Shown: one piece after another, positions 35,355 to 45,183 of the stretch
Layout of the letters: each line of letters opens with the position of its first letter
Position numbering within the stretch: position 1 is the first letter of the stretch
Source: Polyangiaceae bacterium
Lineage (GTDB): Bacteria; Myxococcota_A; Polyangia; Polyangiales; Polyangiaceae
NCBI GenBank assembly: GCA_033763455.1
Contig: JANRKO010000060.1
Span: forward strand, 1 to 64,000
Length of the DNA stretch: 64,000 bases
Direction of reading: 5' to 3'
The notes under the pieces: generated by a model
Told to the model about the DNA's origin: nothing
Seen by the model: only the letters and a program-made list of their open reading frames with translations
Databases searched by the model: none
Position numbers and translations under genes: made by a program

Positions 35355-37637
35355 TTACGGCACGCGAATGCTCAAAAGCCCTACGTTTTGCCCCTGGGAA
35401 CCCACATTGGCCGCAGGGCTAATAAAACCAAGGTAGAGGAAAACCTCGGGCTTGTTTGGGAGCGGAGCAAAGTATCCCCCGTTTGCCGGCACTGCGCTCC
35501 CGCCCCCCGCAACGGTTGCAGGCCCTTTAGTAACCTGCGACCAAGTCTCGCCAGCGTCAACGCTGCGGAAGATGCCGCTCGGTGTCATTGCGTAGACCAC
35601 GTTCTTGCTACCTGGAGCGTTGAAGAAAGCACTTACCGCATCTCCCGGCAAGGCCCGCGGCATGGAGGGTACAATCCCGGTGTTGGCTTCCGTCCAGGTG
35701 GTGCCCCCGTCTGTGCTGCGGTGGACCCCCGTTTGTCCGCCAATTAGGAGCACGCCGTTGCCAGCGGTAAAACTGACAGCACCACTCGCATCCGTGATTG
35801 GATCGATTGGCAGCGCGGATTGTTGCACCACGAAAGGCGCATCGCACAGTTCGGCGAGCTGGAAGACCATGGCCGAGCGAAAGAGTACGCGGTGGCTGTC
35901 TATCGGGTCCACAGCGATTCCAAAGGGTAAAACGTTGGCACCCTCGGGGGGCAGGTACGGTGCGCTCCAAGTTTCCCCTTGGTCGGCACTGCAGTAGATG
36001 CCTGCAGTTGTGCTCACATAGAGCCTATCGCCGTCCGCTGAGATCACGAGTGACGCTTGAGAGCCTGCGAAGGTGGTGCCAAGCCGTACCCAGGAGTCGT
36101 TGTCCGATTTATAGAGATGAACACCTCCAGCGCCACCCTTGTCGGACTCTTCGTCGAGCGCAAAAGCCATTCCTTCCTGGTGGGGGTGTGCCACGAGTGC
36201 CGTCGGTAAACCGTGGAAAGGTACCGGTGCTGCTTTCCAGTTTAAGCCGCCATCTGCAGAACGCATGGCACCCTGTTCGGTCGCAGCCCAAATGCTGTTG
36301 GGGTTGAGGCCAGTTATAGCTACGCGCAGAGCGCGGTGGGGATCTGCCTTGAGGGACCACGTTGCCCCAGAATCTGTTGTTGTGTGGATGCCGAGTGTCG
36401 TTTCAATAGCCAATTTCTCTGGTTCCGGGCCTACACTCAGCAATCGCCAGTTCCGGGCGTTATAGCTTTGCATCGAAGCAAAAGGCATGGGTGCCGGTGT
36501 CCAGGTAACGCCGCCGTCCACCGTCTGAGCAACCAATCCACCGCCAAGGGTTTCGCCCACATTGGGTTCGCTTGCAACAAGCACATGACCTTCAGGGCTT
36601 GGCTGTTGCACTACAGGATAGACTGGCGTGGTTTGCCCGGTATCTATGCTTTCCCAGCTGCTTCCGCCATTCTGAGAGCGCGTGAGAAAACCTGTTGTCC
36701 TGGTGGTGTCGGTGGCCCAGAGCGCCGCATTGGAATCGATCGCAAACGGTAACGTTGCAGGAAGCGAAACCGGCAAGCTTACCTGCTCCCAGGTTGCACC
36801 CCAGTCGGTAGAGCGGCGGAGCCAACTTTTGGCGTCCATGTTGCTCGTGGGATCGAAAACTTCGAACGGCTGGTACAAGTGGCTTGGGTCCCTCCAGTCG
36901 ATGAGAAGGGCCCCGGGGGTCAGAAATTCGCCGGGCTTTGCCGCGGGCAGGGGGCTCACGTTGGTCCAACTGCTGCCCCCATTGCGCGTGAACGCCGGGC
37001 CTTGTGCTGTTTGCAGCCAGACGGCCTTTGGATCCGTGAGCGAGATAGCCAATACAGAAATAGGGGCCTGTTCCACCGGGGTTGTCGCACGCATCGGTTT
37101 CCAGGTGACTCCGCCATCCGTTGATTGGAGAACGCTTCTGGCAAGGTCAGCGTTGGCTGGTGTGTCGGCGGTAACACCGATCAATAACAACGGGTCGCTC
37201 GGCGCAGGTCGCACGTCGGTGAGGGATGCTGGCGTTTCGAGGCGGCACCACTCGATGCCGTTATCCAAAGACCGCATGAGGCTTGTGTGTGTCTGACCCG
37301 AGCTGATCCAGGTGCCTAATGCGTAAAGCGCACTCCCATCCGAGACCGAGCGAACCTCACTCAATCGAGCAGGCCTGGCGCGCGGCACCGAGAACATGTC
37401 GCCGCTATCGCTGGGCCATGGGGCGCAAGCGGGGAACCTGCCTTTCGGCGCGGTACTTTCGGTCGGCTTCTTCTCGCCGCATGCTGCACAGAGCGTGAGT
37501 AGGCCGAGGGCCCAGCTCAGATTCCCGGCCAATCGCGGTGGGCGCGATCGAAGTGGGGGCGTGCCTTTTCGGTTCAATGGATACCTCTGGGGAGGGCATA
37601 CGGCCGGATCCCGAGGGATTTTAGGGGATGTGACCAC
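35355..37637 (-). CDS. BNR/Asp-box repeat beta-propeller lipoprotein (VPS10/sialidase-like)
   Basis: Many S/T-x-D-x-G-x-T-W boxes (STDGGVTW, STDWGATW, SADGGLNW, SVDAGETW) and lipobox CAAC. Confidence 0.85.
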   Translation of the reverse strand: MVTSPKIPRDPAVCPPQRYPLNRKGTPPLRSRPPRLAGNLSWALGLLTLCAACGEKKPTESTAPKGRFPACAPWPSDSGDMFSVPRARPARLSEVRSVSDGSALYALGTWISSGQTHTSLMRSLDNGIEWCRLETPASLTDVRPAPSDPLLLIGVTADTPANADLARSVLQSTDGGVTWKPMRATTPVEQAPISVLAISLTDPKAVWLQTAQGPAFTRNGGSSWTNVSPLPAAKPGEFLTPGALLIDWRDPSHLYQPFEVFDPTSNMDAKSWLRRSTDWGATWEQVSLPVSLPATLPFAIDSNAALWATDTTRTTGFLTRSQNGGSSWESIDTGQTTPVYPVVQQPSPEGHVLVASEPNVGETLGGGLVAQTVDGGVTWTPAPMPFASMQSYNARNWRLLSVGPEPEKLAIETTLGIHTTTDSGATWSLKADPHRALRVAITGLNPNSIWAATEQGAMRSADGGLNWKAAPVPFHGLPTALVAHPHQEGMAFALDEESDKGGAGGVHLYKSDNDSWVRLGTTFAGSQASLVISADGDRLYVSTTAGIYCSADQGETWSAPYLPPEGANVLPFGIAVDPIDSHRVLFRSAMVFQLAELCDAPFVVQQSALPIDPITDASGAVSFTAGNGVLLIGGQTGVHRSTDGGTTWTEANTGIVPSMPRALPGDAVSAFFNAPGSKNVVYAMTPSGIFRSVDAGETWSQVTKGPATVAGGGSAVPANGGYFAPLPNKPEVFLYLGFISPAANVGSQGQNVGLLSIRVP

Positions 37638-37695
37638 TTTCTACGTAGGTTGCGCCTTGGCTCTCGACCCGCGGCTTCTAAGAAGCGGCTAGCCC

Positions 37696-39147
37696 CTAGG
37701 TATACAGTTCGCTGAGCGGCCCATCCACCATGGTAGCCCCCACCGTTTTTACATCGGGCAAGCCCATATACTGTACTGCGCTCACCAACAAACGAGCCAT
37801 GTCTTCACCAGCGGCTCGCAGCCCAGCAGGGCGTGTGTCTACCGACTTGCCTTGAAGATAACGGCCCGTCTTGAAGGTGCCCTGACCCGATCCAAATAGC
37901 ATCACAGGTAAACTTCCTGTTTCGTGCGGATCACGAGTGTTTTCGTTTCCGCCAAGCTCAGAGGCCCATACAACAAGGGTAGAATCAAGCAGTGGCTTGC
38001 CGTGCGCGTCGCGTGTGGCTTTCAGCTTGTCGAGGAGTGAAGCCACCTGTGTTGCGTAAAAACGCGTGAAAATTCGCAATGCAACCGTGCGTTCGGCAGA
38101 AGGGTCGTTGTGGGTCCAAGGATGATGCGCGGGCCCCGAATCGCCCGAATCAACCTTCGCCGAGGAAGGAACCTTGTAGTGCTCTGGCAGCCGATTGCGC
38201 GCGGCTTGCCCAGCGAATTGAAAGGCAATGACATGTGAAAGCTCGCAAGCCAACACCGTGCTGATGAGCTCATTGAAGGCGGCCATTTGGGGCTCGATGT
38301 GCTCGGGCTTGCCCCAATCTCGTTCGGCAGGCTGCCGAGGCTTCTGGCAAGCATTCAGCGCAGGGTTGTCGAGGAACCCTGAAACGAGGTTTCGCTCCAT
38401 GGAGCGGAGCGTGGTGCAGTGGTCGTCCAGCAAATGGCTGGCTTCGGTACCAAGCTCACTTTGAACTTTTGCGCAGTCTCGTGCGAGGAAGTCGAGCACG
38501 CTGCGATCGCGCGTTATGGAGGCCTCGGCGGCGCTCAGCGATACTTTCCCTGAGGGATCCATGAAGCGGCCAAAGATCTGCGCGAAGGCTCGCTTGGGGT
38601 TGGCTTCAGGTGAAATATTGCGACCAGGAGCTGCGCAGAAACCCTCCCCTGTGCCCCCGGCCTGAGAAGTGCCTGCGAGGCCCCACACCAAAGAGCGCAC
38701 AAGGCCCGCACGATTTTCTGCTTCGAGCCGACGGCCGATCACCTGGTCGACGGTTTCGCCCATGTTGGCGTATTGGTTACCACCAAACCCCGCCCCATAA
38801 CCGCTGAAGACCTGACCTCCCAACCCGTGCCCGTTTCCCTTAACAACGCCCTGCCCGGTGGCGGCCATATGGGAAAAGAAAATCCCTTCTGCGCGGTGGC
38901 GCGCTAGTGGGCCCCACCATTCATGAAACTTGAATTTGTGTTCGGTGCCACTAACGGGCCCCGAGGCCATCATGGGGCCATTGGGCGAAAAGATAAAAAT
39001 AACCCTACGGGGTGAAAGCTCGGAACCCCATGCGTCGCGTTGCCGAAGCACAGGGGCTAAGAGGGCGGAAAGCGCCGTGTTAGCGACAAGCGAACGCCGT
39101 GAGATGTGCGAAGACGTTCGAGAAGTAGGGGGAAATGAAGGCTTCAT
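37696..39147 (-). CDS. DUF1552 protein, Tat substrate
   Basis: ISRRSLV, FIFSPNG, SVLDF, HHPWTHN, LLDSTLVVWASELG. Confidence 0.9.
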   Translation of the reverse strand: MKPSFPPTSRTSSHISRRSLVANTALSALLAPVLRQRDAWGSELSPRRVIFIFSPNGPMMASGPVSGTEHKFKFHEWWGPLARHRAEGIFFSHMAATGQGVVKGNGHGLGGQVFSGYGAGFGGNQYANMGETVDQVIGRRLEAENRAGLVRSLVWGLAGTSQAGGTGEGFCAAPGRNISPEANPKRAFAQIFGRFMDPSGKVSLSAAEASITRDRSVLDFLARDCAKVQSELGTEASHLLDDHCTTLRSMERNLVSGFLDNPALNACQKPRQPAERDWGKPEHIEPQMAAFNELISTVLACELSHVIAFQFAGQAARNRLPEHYKVPSSAKVDSGDSGPAHHPWTHNDPSAERTVALRIFTRFYATQVASLLDKLKATRDAHGKPLLDSTLVVWASELGGNENTRDPHETGSLPVMLFGSGQGTFKTGRYLQGKSVDTRPAGLRAAGEDMARLLVSAVQYMGLPDVKTVGATMVDGPLSELYT

Positions 39148-39154
39148 GTGGCAT

Positions 39155-41209
39155 TTACCTCGTGGTGACGACCTGCATGAACTCGGGTGCCGAGACGAGA
39201 GCGTGGAAAATGGCCGGCACGTTACCGTGGGTGTTTTGTGCCACAGTACTTAGCCTGCTAACTAAGAGCTCGTCCGCAGGGACTAACGCGCGGCCAAACG
39301 CCCACTTGACCGCTGCTTGCGCAAAGCAGGAGTGAACCTGTGTATGATTGGCCAGCTTGCGTACCAATTCCGCGGGTGAGGAAAAACGCAGTGCCTCCCC
39401 CGAACTCAAAGTAACGCTCCCCGCAAGGTCCCACTCTTTGGCTGAGCGATCATGTTTCATCCAACGGCCCACCGGGTCGAACGGCAGAAAAGCGTACCCT
39501 AGCGGGGAGAAGGATTGGTGGCACCCCACGCACACGGGGGTGACAGAAGTGCGAAACTCGAGATTCTCTCGTGTTGATAGGCCAGGGGGAGCATTCGTGC
39601 GAGCCATGGCAGCGGCGTCCGGAGGGGGGGGAGGTACCGGTTCGCACAAGAGTGCGTCGCGGAAGAAGGCCCCCAGCTGGAAGGGTGAGGAGCCGTTCTC
39701 TTTGGTGTGAGCCGCTAAAACCTGTGGATGCATGAGCAGCCCCATGCGACCGGTTGTTTCGGTGTCTCCGGTGGGCCTTCGGGTGTCAGTCCCAGGTTGA
39801 ATCACTTTCGTTATGGCTTCGTCGCTGAGGTAGCTAGTGCTCAACAGGAGCTCCGCTACTGTTGGGTTTTTACTCTCAAAGAGCACGCGGGCAATGGTGC
39901 CCTCGGCACTCTGCCGCGCTTTGGCTTCGAAATCTTGCCTCAAGTCTTTCTTGTAGCGATCGGATTTTTGGTTGATCTTGCCTTCGTTGGCGCCCAACCA
40001 TTCCAAGACAAATACTACCTGGGCTTTCTTTCCGAGCGCGGTGGCGTGAAGGCGCTCGAATTGACGCACCCGTTCCTCCGCATCAGTGAGGCGCCCCGCT
40101 TGAGCGGCAGCTAGTAGCTCCGAATCGGCTGGCCCCAACGTTGCAAGGAATGCAAGCCTGCCTGCAATTTCCTCGGCCTGTAGAGCTCGCAGGTGACTCA
40201 CTCCCGCGATAGGCTCACCAAGCTCTTGGCGGTAGAGAAACGAGGGCGACATGAAGAGCGTGACCAAGAGGGCTTGCACGGCTTCGGTGTCTTTGGCAGG
40301 CGAGTTGCCTGCCCCGTCGAACAAGCTAAGCAAAAGCGCCTTTTCTGGTTCTGCTAGGGCACGTCGGAAAACGCGCACTGAAAGATCCGTAGCCCAGTTC
40401 GCAAGGCATTCACGTTGAGCGGCTTGGGTAAACGAGCAACCAGTATGAACGAGCAGTTGGGCCGAAACTCTCTTAGCAAAATCTTCGATAACAACCTGCA
40501 ACGCGCGCACTTCATTGGAGAGCAATGGCATGCCTGCGGTCACCAAAAGGCCGTGCCCCAGCCTGGGATCTTCCGGCAACTCAGAGCGTAACGGCGCCAC
40601 ACCGAGAAGCACTTGGAGCGTGGTAACAATTTCATCCCGTGAGAGGCGGCGCAAGGCCGATGGCTGGCCTTCATATTGGATCGGCAATGTCGCAGTGTGC
40701 GTCGGGGGCACTAGAATGTCGCGCAGCACCCGCGCATTGTGCGGCCCGTGTTTCACCTCCGAGAGCCAGCTCAACAATACTTGTTCTTCAGGGCTGCCTT
40801 GCTTGATCTTTTCGCCCCCGCCGTGATTGACGCGCTTGGTAGGTTTGACCAACAGGGGTGAGGCTTGGGGATCCTCTGTATCCACAAGCTCCCAGAACTT
40901 CTCGTTGAGCGCCTCAAAATCTGCAGCGGTCGCGTTTTTGCTCGGGAAGCGGAGCCGAGTATCTGAAGCCATGCCATCCGCACGGTGGCAGCCACGGCAC
41001 CCTGCGCGTGAGAACACAGCTGCGAGTTGTTGCCCTGCGGTGGCGAGCTTGGGTGATGGCTCTTGCTCCCCCTGAGCACGTTGAGGGGGCTTAGGTGTCG
41101 GCGTCTGGCCAGGAGCGAGGTGCTGTGGGGCACCACAACCAAGAAGGCCGAGAAACATACCTGCACCCCAAGCTGCGTACCCCAGAGGCCGGAACGAGTG
41201 GAAGCGCAT
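39155..41209 (-). CDS. DUF1592/1588/1585 lipoprotein with two heme-c motifs
   Basis: Lipobox LLGC, N-terminal CRGCH...SPLLVKP...HGGG domain, RRLSRDE, FRRAL, CVGCH...FDPVGRW, WAFGR. Confidence 0.9.
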   Translation of the reverse strand: MRFHSFRPLGYAAWGAGMFLGLLGCGAPQHLAPGQTPTPKPPQRAQGEQEPSPKLATAGQQLAAVFSRAGCRGCHRADGMASDTRLRFPSKNATAADFEALNEKFWELVDTEDPQASPLLVKPTKRVNHGGGEKIKQGSPEEQVLLSWLSEVKHGPHNARVLRDILVPPTHTATLPIQYEGQPSALRRLSRDEIVTTLQVLLGVAPLRSELPEDPRLGHGLLVTAGMPLLSNEVRALQVVIEDFAKRVSAQLLVHTGCSFTQAAQRECLANWATDLSVRVFRRALAEPEKALLLSLFDGAGNSPAKDTEAVQALLVTLFMSPSFLYRQELGEPIAGVSHLRALQAEEIAGRLAFLATLGPADSELLAAAQAGRLTDAEERVRQFERLHATALGKKAQVVFVLEWLGANEGKINQKSDRYKKDLRQDFEAKARQSAEGTIARVLFESKNPTVAELLLSTSYLSDEAITKVIQPGTDTRRPTGDTETTGRMGLLMHPQVLAAHTKENGSSPFQLGAFFRDALLCEPVPPPPPDAAAMARTNAPPGLSTRENLEFRTSVTPVCVGCHQSFSPLGYAFLPFDPVGRWMKHDRSAKEWDLAGSVTLSSGEALRFSSPAELVRKLANHTQVHSCFAQAAVKWAFGRALVPADELLVSRLSTVAQNTHGNVPAIFHALVSAPEFMQVVTTR

Positions 41210-41397
41210 GTCTATGCCTATCGCCCAGTGCAAGGGACGTCCAGGGAGCTCGCCTCAAGCTTTAGCTGGCGAGGTCAGTAGTGCACAAGCTAGAGCAACA
41301 CTCACCGATCCCTGTAATCGACTGGCGTTCACAGAGTTTGCCGCCGTCACGTTCCCGGGAGCTTGGCGGCTTTGGTTTTCGCGTGCCTTTGGATTGG

Positions 41398-42813
41398 CTA
41401 AGCCAAAGAGATGGGGCTGTTGCCGTTGAGGTTGGCGTCGCCGATGGCATTCTTGTTGATGCCAAATGCCTGCAAGATGCTGAGCAGCCCAGCGTTGTGC
41501 GATGCGCCTTGGTAGTCCACAGCTCGGCCCGGGCGAACCCTACCGCCAGCCTTGCCAGCCGTCATGCACAGGATGTTTTCGTGCGAATGCTGCTCGGCGT
41601 CGCTCAATTCGCTGATCATCAGCACCAACGTGTTGTCCAGAAGCGTTCCGCCGCCTTCTTTGGTGTCCTTCAGGCGTGTCACGAATTTCGCCATTTCCCC
41701 CTGGATATAGTTGTCCACTTTGATGGTGTCAGTCGCTCCGATGCCTCCGTGCTCCAACGTATGGTGATCGTCCTTGGCGCCGAGCCAAGTGAACGGAAGC
41801 CCGCTCTGGGCGGAACACAAGATCTGGAAGCTTGAAACGCGAGATAGATCGCAGACCAGTGACTGATACAAAAGCTCAAACTGCTGGTCCATGATCACGG
41901 GGATTTCCTGGGACGCCGCGCCAATGCTCGGCGTCATGCAGCCAACGCCCGGCACCGGCGTGCCGGGACCTGTTCCGACAGGCGGCGTGATCGTCCCGCC
42001 TGTCATGGTCATCGGGATGCGTTGTTCAATGGCGCGAAGGGATTCCAAGTGCTCGTTCAGCTTTGCCTGCTCGTCCGGCCCGGCTGCGGCTTTGATGGCA
42101 GCCACTTCGACCAGCAGCCGGTCCAAGATGCTGCGCTTACGCGCCGAATTGTCCGCCATTACGGGAGGAAGGGGCGCCGTCATGGTTCCAGTTGCGGTGG
42201 GCGTAGGGGCAGGAGCGGGCGTACCATCGGAAAAGAGCCGACTGAACATGGTCGCTGGCGAATCAACGCCCGGCTGCGCCAGGCCGCCCTTGATAATTAG
42301 GCGGCGCTGATCGATCTGAGCACCAAAGTCCGAATAGACGCCGAACTGAAGCGAAGGGAACTTCACGCCATTGCCGATAGCGGCGGCGATTGTCTGATCG
42401 ATGGTGTCGGTCTTGGCCCATTTCGCAAGCCCGGCCCCGCCCTCGAAGATCCCAGGTTCATCTATGATGGAGGAATCTCCAGTCAGAAGGCCACGCATCC
42501 CCGCGCCGTGAGGCTCGTTACTCGCGCTCCACATCCGCGAAGCCGCGTTGTTATTCATGCCCTTGATAGTAAGCAGCTCCGATTGCAGCGGGACAAAGGG
42601 CTTGAGGGCTGCGTCAAAGGAGTGGTTACCATACGGCAGATCCTTGCTGGGGTAGTAGACGCCACCTGGGAAATACAGGACCACGAAGCGTGTGGGGAAT
42701 TGCGCGGCTTGGGCGGAAACAAAGCTTTCTCTAAAGATCGAGCTTGCTAAAAAACCAGCTCCACCGAGACCAAGAATGAGTTCGCGTCGCTTCAGCAGTG
42801 ATTTTGACAACAT
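41398..42813 (-). CDS. DUF1552 protein, Tat substrate
   Basis: KRRELILGLG, RFVVLYFPGG, SILD, HLESLRAIE, HHTLEH, LLDNTLVLMISE. Confidence 0.9.
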   Translation of the reverse strand: MLSKSLLKRRELILGLGGAGFLASSIFRESFVSAQAAQFPTRFVVLYFPGGVYYPSKDLPYGNHSFDAALKPFVPLQSELLTIKGMNNNAASRMWSASNEPHGAGMRGLLTGDSSIIDEPGIFEGGAGLAKWAKTDTIDQTIAAAIGNGVKFPSLQFGVYSDFGAQIDQRRLIIKGGLAQPGVDSPATMFSRLFSDGTPAPAPTPTATGTMTAPLPPVMADNSARKRSILDRLLVEVAAIKAAAGPDEQAKLNEHLESLRAIEQRIPMTMTGGTITPPVGTGPGTPVPGVGCMTPSIGAASQEIPVIMDQQFELLYQSLVCDLSRVSSFQILCSAQSGLPFTWLGAKDDHHTLEHGGIGATDTIKVDNYIQGEMAKFVTRLKDTKEGGGTLLDNTLVLMISELSDAEQHSHENILCMTAGKAGGRVRPGRAVDYQGASHNAGLLSILQAFGINKNAIGDANLNGNSPISLA

Positions 42814-42850
42814 GGTTCGTTGTTCCTCTCAAGTCTTTCGTCTGGAAAAA

Positions 42851-44647
42851 TTACTGCTCAACCCGATAGGGGTAGGCTTCGGAGCGGGCTAACCCGACCA
42901 AGAGCTCTCGGATGTCGGAGGTGGGGCTGGCCGTCATGCTTGCGGACATGGCACCAATTATGGCGGCATCGCGCTGGTATTTCTCGAGCTGCGCTGCGTA
43001 ATCAGGGCTCGCCATGTCAGTGGGCATTTCCCTGTTAGCGCGTCCTAGGCCCCAACGGAAAGATTCGCGGGCGACGCAATCTTTAAGGACCTGGCTGTTG
43101 GCAATCTTCTGAACGAAGGCCACAGCGTTCGCAAAGGGGCCGTCGACTTCGGGCGACACGTTGACGATCTCGCCCGAGGCATCCACAGGTTTCCCGTTTT
43201 CGGTAGTGCGGTAACTACCGATCCCGTCGTAGTTTTCAAAACCTAGGCCTAGCGGATCGATTTCCCGGTGGCAGCTCGCACACACCGGATTTTGGGAGTG
43301 GGCAGCAAAGCGTTCCCGCGTAGTGAGGGCGGTGGAGGGTTCGGGATCCGTTGGCACGAAGCCGGGAGGCGGTGGAGCGAGCGGGCGGCACAGGATGTGT
43401 GTCCGAAGCGTCGCACCGCGGCGAATAGGGAACGAATCGATGGCTTTGGCGTTCGCAGCCAGGAACCCGGCCGAAGTGAGGATGCCCAAGCGCTGGCCAT
43501 CTGGCAGCGTTGTTTTCTGCCAATCAGCGGGAGCGTTGCTGACTCCATAGTGCGCTGCCGTTGTGGGGTTCAAGATCGACCAGTTCGCTGTGAACAACGT
43601 GGTGAGGCTCCCGCCTTCTTTGGCAAACACTTCATCGACGAACCGATTCGATTCTTCGATAATCGCACTCCGAAGCTGTGCGTCGTACGACGGAAAGAAC
43701 GCCGGATCTTTTTGGACGTTTGGCAAATTGCTGATAACCGTCCACTGTGTGATGAAGCCTCGTAGCCAGGTGGGCGTGCGACCCGACCCGAAGAGGCGCC
43801 GTACCTGAGCTTCGCGCTGATCGGGCGTTGCCAGCTGGTTGGCATCAGCGGCTGCCATCAGCGTTGCGTCGGGCATGGTGCCCGTTACTAGATAGGAGAT
43901 TTGCGTGGCCAATTCGTGGGGGCTCAGCTGGCGGGCAAGGCCCGAACCCGCACCAATTTCGGTCTTGTAGAGGAAGTACGGCGACTGCAGCAGCGTTTCC
44001 ACGACGGCGCCGATCCCCTCGGCGTATGTGGTGCGAGCTCGCTCATCGTCAAAAATCTTGGAGTACGCGGTTAACTCTTCGGAATTGATGGGGCGCCTAA
44101 AAGCCTTGGCACCGAAGCTATTAATGAAGGACTGTGCGCACGCTGTTTCGCCGGCGGCATCCGCTGCAGCGCAGGGCGCCCAGGTAGTGACGTTAGCTGA
44201 AACCTGCGCGGCCAATTTCTCAGCGGCGGTTCCGTAGAGCTCAGCAACCACGAGTGGTACGGTCAGAGCTGCGGCGATGTTTCGATAGCCGAGGTTGCGT
44301 GCATCCGGTTGGAAGCCTGCCGCGGTGCCCGGGGCAACCTGCAGCAGATCTTGCACGGTGTTGTCGTACTCCTCGTTGCTGAGCCTCCGAACCGCAACGG
44401 GGCCCAACGGGCCTGCGGCTGGTAGCGGAACGCCGGGCGTGGTGCTCACTCCTGGGGGCAGGGTGCCGGGAGTGTCCGTGCCCATGGGGACTGGAGTTGT
44501 GGCAGTTCCAGTCGGGGTTCCCGTGCCGCTTGGCGTCGGAGTCTCTGCTCCGCGCGTGCTACCTCCGCGCTCCACTGAGTTGCTGCATCCGAGGGCTAGG
44601 CCAAGTGCCAAGCTGCCAGAAAGTCCGAATAGTCCCAGAAATCGCAT
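42851..44647 (-). CDS. DUF1587/1595/1592/1588/1585 lipoprotein with heme-c motif
   Basis: Lipobox ALGC, RRLSNEEYDNTVQDLL, AFRRP, ELATQISY, PIRRG, CASCH..IDPLGLGFENYDGIG. Confidence 0.92.
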   Translation of the reverse strand: MRFLGLFGLSGSLALGLALGCSNSVERGGSTRGAETPTPSGTGTPTGTATTPVPMGTDTPGTLPPGVSTTPGVPLPAAGPLGPVAVRRLSNEEYDNTVQDLLQVAPGTAAGFQPDARNLGYRNIAAALTVPLVVAELYGTAAEKLAAQVSANVTTWAPCAAADAAGETACAQSFINSFGAKAFRRPINSEELTAYSKIFDDERARTTYAEGIGAVVETLLQSPYFLYKTEIGAGSGLARQLSPHELATQISYLVTGTMPDATLMAAADANQLATPDQREAQVRRLFGSGRTPTWLRGFITQWTVISNLPNVQKDPAFFPSYDAQLRSAIIEESNRFVDEVFAKEGGSLTTLFTANWSILNPTTAAHYGVSNAPADWQKTTLPDGQRLGILTSAGFLAANAKAIDSFPIRRGATLRTHILCRPLAPPPPGFVPTDPEPSTALTTRERFAAHSQNPVCASCHREIDPLGLGFENYDGIGSYRTTENGKPVDASGEIVNVSPEVDGPFANAVAFVQKIANSQVLKDCVARESFRWGLGRANREMPTDMASPDYAAQLEKYQRDAAIIGAMSASMTASPTSDIRELLVGLARSEAYPYRVEQ

Positions 44648-44736
44648 GCGGTGCCTCATTTCCTGACGGAAAAGTAGCACCTCGGGGTAGCAGGATGCTG
44701 TCAACCTGAGTGGCGAAGGATAGCACGAATTAGTCT

Positions 44737-44759
44737 AAATTATGCTTTTAAGATAATTT
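44737..44759. promoter_or_regulatory. AT-rich inverted repeat AAATTAT-N9-ATAATTT, candidate transcription-factor site
   Basis: Perfect 7-bp arms in an AT-rich patch about 90 bp upstream of the minus-strand DUF1592/DUF1552 run. Confidence 0.4.
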
Positions 44760-44826
44760 TTCGTCTGAGCTGGATCGCGGGGAACAGGCCGCGGCTCGTG
44801 GCGTTAAAGCTGCTTATCTCGGCCCC

Positions 44827-45183
44827 TCACTGGCTTTTTCCAGCCCGAAGCCTGCCGCTGCGCAGCTGGGGAAGTGTGAAGCGACCGAGAACATTGCGCA
44901 TGGGCTGCACGAAGCGCTCAACGTTAGGCCCCGTCACAACGAGCCGTGCTTCTCCTCCCGTAAGGACTGCACGAATTAGCACACCATCGAGCTTTTCGCG
45001 CGCCGCAATGTCTGCCAGTTCGGAAAACAGTGCGGGCGGCAAACGGCCGCGCCGAAGCGTTAGCTTGCCTTCTTTGGAGGTGATTCGAAACAGCTCCGTC
45101 CATAGCCAAATGCCGCGAGCGATGGGGAAAAGCAAACTCGACGCTAGCAGCAAAGCTACGAACCACACCGGCATGTATTGCAT
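44827..45183 (-). CDS. DUF3634-like small membrane protein
   Basis: TM helix followed by ELFRITSKEGKL...GRLPPALFSEL...QPMRNVLG. Confidence 0.7.
   Translation of the reverse strand: MQYMPVWFVALLLASSLLFPIARGIWLWTELFRITSKEGKLTLRRGRLPPALFSELADIAAREKLDGVLIRAVLTGGEARLVVTGPNVERFVQPMRNVLGRFTLPQLRSGRLRAGKSQ

Noticed and set aside
41345..41380. GCCGCC...GGCGGC hairpin as a terminator
   Set aside because: The T-rich tail is on the plus strand while flanking genes are on the minus strand, and the loop is long.
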